From contig NC_133620.1 in the NCBI RefSeq assembly GCF_048593235.1, positions 30,072,852 through 30,136,851 on the forward strand: a DNA stretch of 64,000 bases, read 5' to 3'. Source of the stretch: Sminthopsis crassicaudata (Eukaryota). A program made the translations under genes and the position numbers. Each line of letters starts with the position of its first letter. Position 1 is the stretch's first letter. This document shows positions 58,171 to 64,000 of the stretch, in pieces. Under the pieces are notes generated by a model that saw only the letters and a list, made by a program, of their open reading frames with translations, was not told the DNA's origin and did no database searches.

Positions 58171-59320
58171 GGCTAACTGATGAGGTTTCCCCATGCCATA
58201 GAAGCACAGTTCCACTGCCAGTGAAGTCGCCGCTCTCAAGAGCTCTGAGCCCTGCCACGTACCTCTCCGCCAGCTCTCTACCCAAGGCGGCTTGGGAAGA
58301 GCTTTATTAGGGATAAAAGTCAGAGCCAGCAGGATAGGGCTGGGGAAGGCTGAAGCCTTTGCTGCCAAGGCCAGGCAGTGGGGAACTCTGAACGAGGGCA
58401 GGAAGGCACAAGCTATATCTCAGCAGACTGTCACAACCATGCTGTTTGGGGATGGATTCTGCCAGATTAAAGTCTTAGCTTTTCTTGGGTCTATGCCCAG
58501 ATCAGTCTGTGGAAGGTGTGCTCTCCGTCATGAGCAGAGACAAGACTGGAACTAAAGAAAGCCATCCTTTACTCCTCCTGGCTGTGCTGGACTGGAATGC
58601 CATTGCTCCCAGGGAGACCATCCGGGACCTCTCTTTTGCTTCTGGGAGGTCAAGCTGGGGTAACTCTGGGACCTTAGGCCTTAAATGAGAAATTTCTTTC
58701 TTTTTCTCACTATTTATTGCTTTTCTTTTTTTCCCCCTCTTATCTCTCAATTAAATGTATTTTAAAATGTTAACATTCATTTTTAAAAATTCTGAGATGC
58801 AAATTCTCTCCTTTTCTTTTTCCCTCCCTCTCCTTAAAGAAGACAATTTGATACAGGTTTTACAGGTATAGTCATGCAAAACATTTCCATATTAGCCATG
58901 TTGCAAAAGAAAATAGACCAAAAAGAAAAAAACACAAGAAAAATAAAGACAAATTTTAAAGTATGCTTCGATCTGCATTGAGCCTCCATCAGTTCTTTCT
59001 CTGGAGAATATTTTTCAGTGTAAGTCCTTCTGAATTGTCTTATAGAGCTGAGAATAGCCAAGTCATTCACAACTGATTATCGATGAATTATTGTTGTTAT
59101 TATGTACAGTGTTCTTCTTGCTTGGGTCACTCTACTTTGCATCAGTTCATAGGAATCTTCCCAGGTTTTTCTGAAAGCATCCTACTCATCCTCATTTTCA
59201 TCAACACAATATTCTGTCACAATCATACACAACTTGTTTGATCATTGCCCAATTGATGTGCATCCTGTCAATTTTATAACACTTTGTATGTACTTCCAAA
59301 TTGTTCTCCAGAATACTTGG

Positions 59321-59443
59321 ATGGGAACAACTAGGTGGCACAGTGGATAGGACTCAAAGCTGGTCTCAGACACTTAACATGGCCTAGCTGTGTGACCCTG
59401 GGCAAGTCACTTAACCCCAAGTGCCTTAAAAAAAACAAACAAA
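59321..59443 (+). mobile_element. WSINE1-like SINE with an internal deletion and TSD
   Basis: About 30 nt missing between the A box and B box. Flanks CAGAATACTTGG (59309-59320) and CAGAATAGTTGG (59444-59455). Confidence 0.85.
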
Positions 59444-59786
59444 CAGAATAGTTGGTGGTAACAGTGCATTAGTGTCCCAGTTTTTCCATATTCCTTCTAG
59501 CATCTTTCATTTTTCTTTTCTGTCATGTTAGCTTGTCTGTTGGTATGAGGTGAAATCTCAGAATTGGTTTAATTTGCATTTCTCTAATCAGTAGTGATTT
59601 AGAGCATTTTTATATGACTATAGATAGCTTTCATTTCTTCTTCTGAAAACTTGGGTCTGTTATCAACTGGAGAATTGCTCTTATTTTTATAAATCTGGTT
59701 CACTTTTCTGAATATCTAAGAAACAAAACTTTTGTTAGAGAAATGTAACAAAAAATTTTTTTTCCCTGGTTTTCTGCTTTCCTTTT

Positions 59787-59906
59787 TTTTTGTTGTTGAG
59801 ACAATTGGGATCAAGTGACTTGCCCAGGGTCACACAGCTGGGAAGTGTTAAGTGTCTGAGGCCAGATTTGAATTCCGGTCCTCCTGAATTCAGGGCTGGT
59901 GCTCTA
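59787..59906 (-). mobile_element. 5'-truncated WSINE1-like SINE with TSD
   Basis: Flanked by CTTTCCTTTT at 59777-59786 and 59907-59916. Confidence 0.85.
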
Positions 59907-61059
59907 CTTTCCTTTTAATCTTGATAGTAATGGGTTTTATTTGTCAAATCTTTTTAATTTCATGTAATCAAAATTATCCATTTTATATCTCATAATATTC
60001 TTTATCTCATGTTTGAACAAGTTATCCACAAACCTGACAGGTAAAATATTTCATGCCCCTCTAATTTGTTTATGATACCACCTTTTATATCTAAATCATG
60101 TACCCATTCTGACCTTATTTCATTATGCATTATGAAATATTGATCTATTCCTAATTTCTGCCAAATTGTCTTTTAGTTTTCCCAGAAATTTCTGTCAAAT
60201 ATTGATTCCTTGTGCCAGAATCTTGGATCTTTGGGTTCATCAAACAGTAGATTACTATGGTCATTTACTACTGTGTGTTGTGAACTTGATCAGTTCCACT
60301 GATTCACTACTCTATTTGTAGGCAATGCCAAATTGTTTTGATGATTACCATTTTATAATTTACTTTGAGATCTGGTATTGCTAGGCCACCTTCTTTCCCA
60401 TTTCTTTTCCTTTGGTTCCCTTGATATTTTTGATCTTTTGTTCTTCCAGATGAATTTGATTATTTTTCTAGCTCTATAAAATAATTTTTGGTAATTGATG
60501 TAACATTGAATAAGTAATTCAATTCAGGCAGAATTATTATTTTTATTATATTGGTTCAACCTCTCCTGCTCAATTCATATCTCTCCAATTGTTTAGGTTT
60601 GACTTTATTTTCATGAAAAGTGTTTGGTAACTGTGTTCATTTAGTTTCTGGATTTGTCTCAGCATGTAGATCATCATCTATTTTATACTACCTCCAATTA
60701 TTTTAAATGGCATTTCTCTATCTCTTGCTGCTGAGTTTTATTGGCAATATAAAGAAGTGCTAATGATTTATGTGAGTTTATTTTATATCCTGCAACTTTG
60801 CTAAAATTATTTCAACTAGTTTTTTAGTTGAATCGCTAGGGTTCTCCAAGTACATAATCATATTTTTTGCAAAGCAATAGTTTCGTTTCCTTATCACCTA
60901 TTTTAATTCTTTTTCTTCTCTTTTTGCCACAACTAACCCTTCTAATACAATATTAAATAACTGTAGTAACAATAGGCATCCTTGCTTCATTCCTGATCTT
61001 ACTGTGAAAGCTTCTATTTATGCCCACTACAGATAAAACTTTCAGGTCATTCTAGATAG

Positions 61060-61268
61060 ATTTGGACTAAGAGTACTGGTTCAGAAATCAAAAAGATCTG
61101 AGTTCAGATTAAAATTCAGACCATTAGCTGTGTGACTCTAGATAAGTCACTTAACTGTATTTGCCTCAGTTTCCTCACCTGTAAGTTGAGTTGGAGAAGG
61201 AAATGACAAACCATTCCAATATCTTTACCAAAATAAAAACTCCAAATGGGTCAGACATGACTAAATAA
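61060..61268 (+). mobile_element. MAR1-like CORE-SINE
   Basis: CORE ttgcctcagtttcctcacctgtaa followed by the RTE-type tail tggagaaggaaatgacaaaccattccaatatcttt. Confidence 0.7.
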
Positions 61269-61938
61269 TATTTATCATTTTAAAGGAAGCTCCATTTATT
61301 CCTATGCTTTCTAATGTTTTTTTTTAATAAGAATGTTGTATTTTGTCACAAGTCTTTCTTCTGCATTTATTGAGATGCAGGTTTTGTTTCTAATTATGAA
61401 TTCATGTCGATGTTATTATGTCGATAGTTTTGCTAATTATGTCGACAGTTTTCCTAATATTGAGCCAGTCCTGCATTCCTGGCATAAATCTCACCTGGTC
61501 ATTTGTGATATATTGCCATAATCTCCTTATTAGTATTTTATTTAAAATTGTTGTATCCGTTTTCATCAAGGAAAATGATTTACAGTTTTCTTTCTGTTTT
61601 TGCTCTTCCTTTACTTTTAGGTTTCAAAATCATATTTGTCTTGCTCTTTTTTGGCCTACTTTTCCAAATAATTTATATAATATTAGAATTAATTACTCTT
61701 TAAATGTTTGGTAGAATTCACTTATGAACCCACCTAGTCCTGGGGATTTTTTCTAAAGGAATTCACTAATGGCTTATTCATTTTTTTTTTCTAAAATAGG
61801 GTTACTCAAGTATTTTATTTTCTCTTCTGTTATTATGGGGAATTTATATTTTTATAAATATCTAGCCATTTTACCCAGCTTGTCAGATTTATTAGTATAT
61901 AATTGACCAAACTAAGTCCTAATGGTTGCTTTAATTTC

Positions 61939-62245
61939 TGTAGAGAGCCGAAACTCTGAAAAGGTATACTTAAATCTAGGTCAGCAAGGTACTTATAGCT
62001 AAGCATATACTTAATGCTTAGTATGGTGATGCAATGGTTGCCCACAGTGTTGTAGTGATGTAATCATACTGAGGTATTTAAGGGAGTCTCAGAAACAGAA
62101 TGCTCTCTCAGCCACAGACACAAGAGAAGATGCCAGACTCCAGACTCCATCTTTGACCAGCCCTCCTGCCTCCTTCACTCTTCCACTAAAACCAAGGACT
62201 CAGGCTAATCCCAAAGTCCTTCAGAGAGCTAGTCCGGACATTACA
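61939..62245 (+). mobile_element. Solo LTR (307 bp) inserted in L1
   Basis: Starts TGTAG and ends TTACA. Flanks ATTTC and ATTT(T)C form a ~5-bp TSD, and the L1 text gctttaatttc|ctcttcattag is contiguous once the LTR is removed. Confidence 0.8.
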
Positions 62246-62409
62246 ATTTTCCTCTTCATTAGTGATGCATTTATCCTTTTCATTTTTTTTTTATACTAGA
62301 AATTTGATTTTCTTCTAACTTTTTAAAATCAAATTAATCAATGATTTGTCTGTTTTGTTGGGGGGTTTTTCCATGAAATCAGCTCCTAGTTTTATTAGTT
62401 CAGTAGTTT

Positions 62410-62437
62410 TTTGTTTGTTTGTTTGTTTGTTTGTTTG
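62410..62437. repeat. (TTTG)7 microsatellite
   Basis: Read directly. Confidence 0.9.
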
Positions 62438-63094
62438 TTTTTTTTAACTTTCAGTTTTATTAATCTCTCCTTTGATTTTAGAATTTCCAATGTGGCGTTT
62501 GACTGGAGATTTTTAATTTGTTATTTTTCTATTTTTTTAATTGTATGCCCAATACATAGATCTGTTCTATTTCTATTTTATTGATGTGATTAGAAATAGA
62601 GTTTCCCCCTAAGTACTGCTTTGCTGCAAAATAAATTTTGGTATGTTCTTCCATTGGTTTCATTCTCTATAATAGAATTTTTTATTGCTTCCATGATTTG
62701 TTTTTTGACTCATTCGCTCTTTAGGATTAGATTAATTAATTTACAATTAAGTTTTAATCTATGTCTCTGTGCTCCTTTATTGAATGTAATTTCTATTGCA
62801 TTACGATCTGGAAAGATGTATTTAAAAATTCTGCTTCTCTGCCTTTGGTTGTCCAGGACCAGCCACCACTTTGGTGTGACTAACTTTCCTGCAAATCTCC
62901 GACATTGTCTGGGGCTGGAAAATTGTCTTACCCGGGCCTTCACTTTATTTTGTCACTCCAGAATTCAATTTGAGACACTCTTTTAAAATTGTGTAGAAGG
63001 CAAGTGGGGAAAATTCAGGTGAGCTGGCCTGTTTATTGCTTTTTTTGTGGGAGCCTCTACCTCCTGTGGAATATCTGGTTCAAAAACCTAACTT

Positions 63095-63380
63095 CACAAG
63101 CATTTGATCAGTCCATTCCTAAGTATTTACTGAGCACCAGGCACTCGGCCCAAGGCACTCCCTGCCATCAGAGACCTGCCATATTAACAGCTAGATGACA
63201 AGTGGAAGGAAGGGAGGAGCCGGAGACAGTGATGAGGGAATGTGGGTTCCTTTCCAGTACCAGTGATGCTAGGACTCTGATTACTATTCCCAGAGCAAAG
63301 GTGAAAGGTGGAAAGAGAAAGGAGAGGCAGATGGCCGGGCTCAAGTTAGCTGGCAGATAGCCGTATAAAACAGAGCCTGG
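63095..63380 (-). mobile_element. L2 3' tail relic
   Basis: aagcatttgatcagtccattcctaagtatttactgagcaccaggcactcggcccaaggcac. Confidence 0.55.
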
Positions 63381-64000
63381 GCTGAGGGAGTTCTGACTTG
63401 TCCTTCCCTCCAAGCAGCTCCGTCCTAGGCGGCTGTGCTGACAATATGTCCCCTAAAAAAGATCACAAGGCTCTAGTGCACCCCATACTCAAGCACACTG
63501 GAGTGCAGGCTTTCCTAACTCTAGCCCCAGTGCCCTTTCCTCTGTGTCCCCTAGAAAACTTGTTAACATTGGCAGGACCCTGCACGGAAGCCAAGCCAAG
63601 CTGTTCTTTTCACCTTCCAAGGAACTCACATGGAGAAATCTTCCCGCCCAGACCAAAATTCAGGAAATGTACCAGCTATGAGGGGGTGGGGGTGCCCCAG
63701 AAATACACTTTGACTCGTGGGCCCAAGGACAAGACCACGCCACCTGAGAGAACTCAAAATCTGCCCTAGCCCCACGGAGACGGGTCCAGGACACCCTGGT
63801 CTTCCCTCTCAGGCCACATGAGCCCCTGTCTCCTCCTCCACGTACTTCTTAAGGCATCTTCCCTGCTGGTGTAGCAGTGGGAGAAGGAGAAATTTCCTCC
63901 CCAATCACTGGCCACAATTTTAGAGAGAAAAGTCTAAGAATGAGTCCTCCAGAATCCCTTCTTCTTTTCTTTTCATTTTTCCCCCTTTCTCTATACTACT

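Larger units (their letters stand above)
58690..63050 (-). mobile_element. L1 (3' UTR, ORF2 3' half, joined to a 5' UTR piece) carrying three SINE insertions and one LTR insertion
   Basis: T-rich reverse-complement L1 (atcctgcaactttgctaaa; aataggcatccttgcttcattcctgatctta; tttgctgcaaaataaattttggtatgtt). Confidence 0.85.

Overview
Eukaryotic genomic DNA, inferred to come from an Australian, probably dasyurid, marsupial (WSINE1-type CORE-SINEs, a MAR1-like SINE, marsupial L1, L2, MIR, L3/CR1). The one firmly supported gene is ST3GAL3 (alpha-2,3-sialyltransferase) on the minus strand. Its last seven coding exons (34401 to 16999; 95, 64, 96, 187, 147, 147 and 90 nt; all GT-AG and phase-consistent) encode 274 residues plus stop, including sialylmotifs L, S, III and VS. 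I found no upstream exons, so 34.4-64 kb is read as one long intron. About 14.8-38 kb and 46-52 kb are very GC-rich, which explains most entries in the ORF track as noise; the rest is dense in transposon relics. No rRNA, tRNA or CRISPR features were seen. The best leads are a perfect four-unit heat-shock element in a CpG-rich intronic module, a complete but homology-less antisense two-exon gene model nested in the intron, an unidentified ~0.8 kb insert splitting an L2, cryptic stop-carrying splice acceptors, an inverted SINE pair, and no visible ARTN in the 17 kb downstream. Repeat boundaries are approximate and family names come from recalled consensus sequences, not a database search. I cannot claim a demonstrated new biological system.
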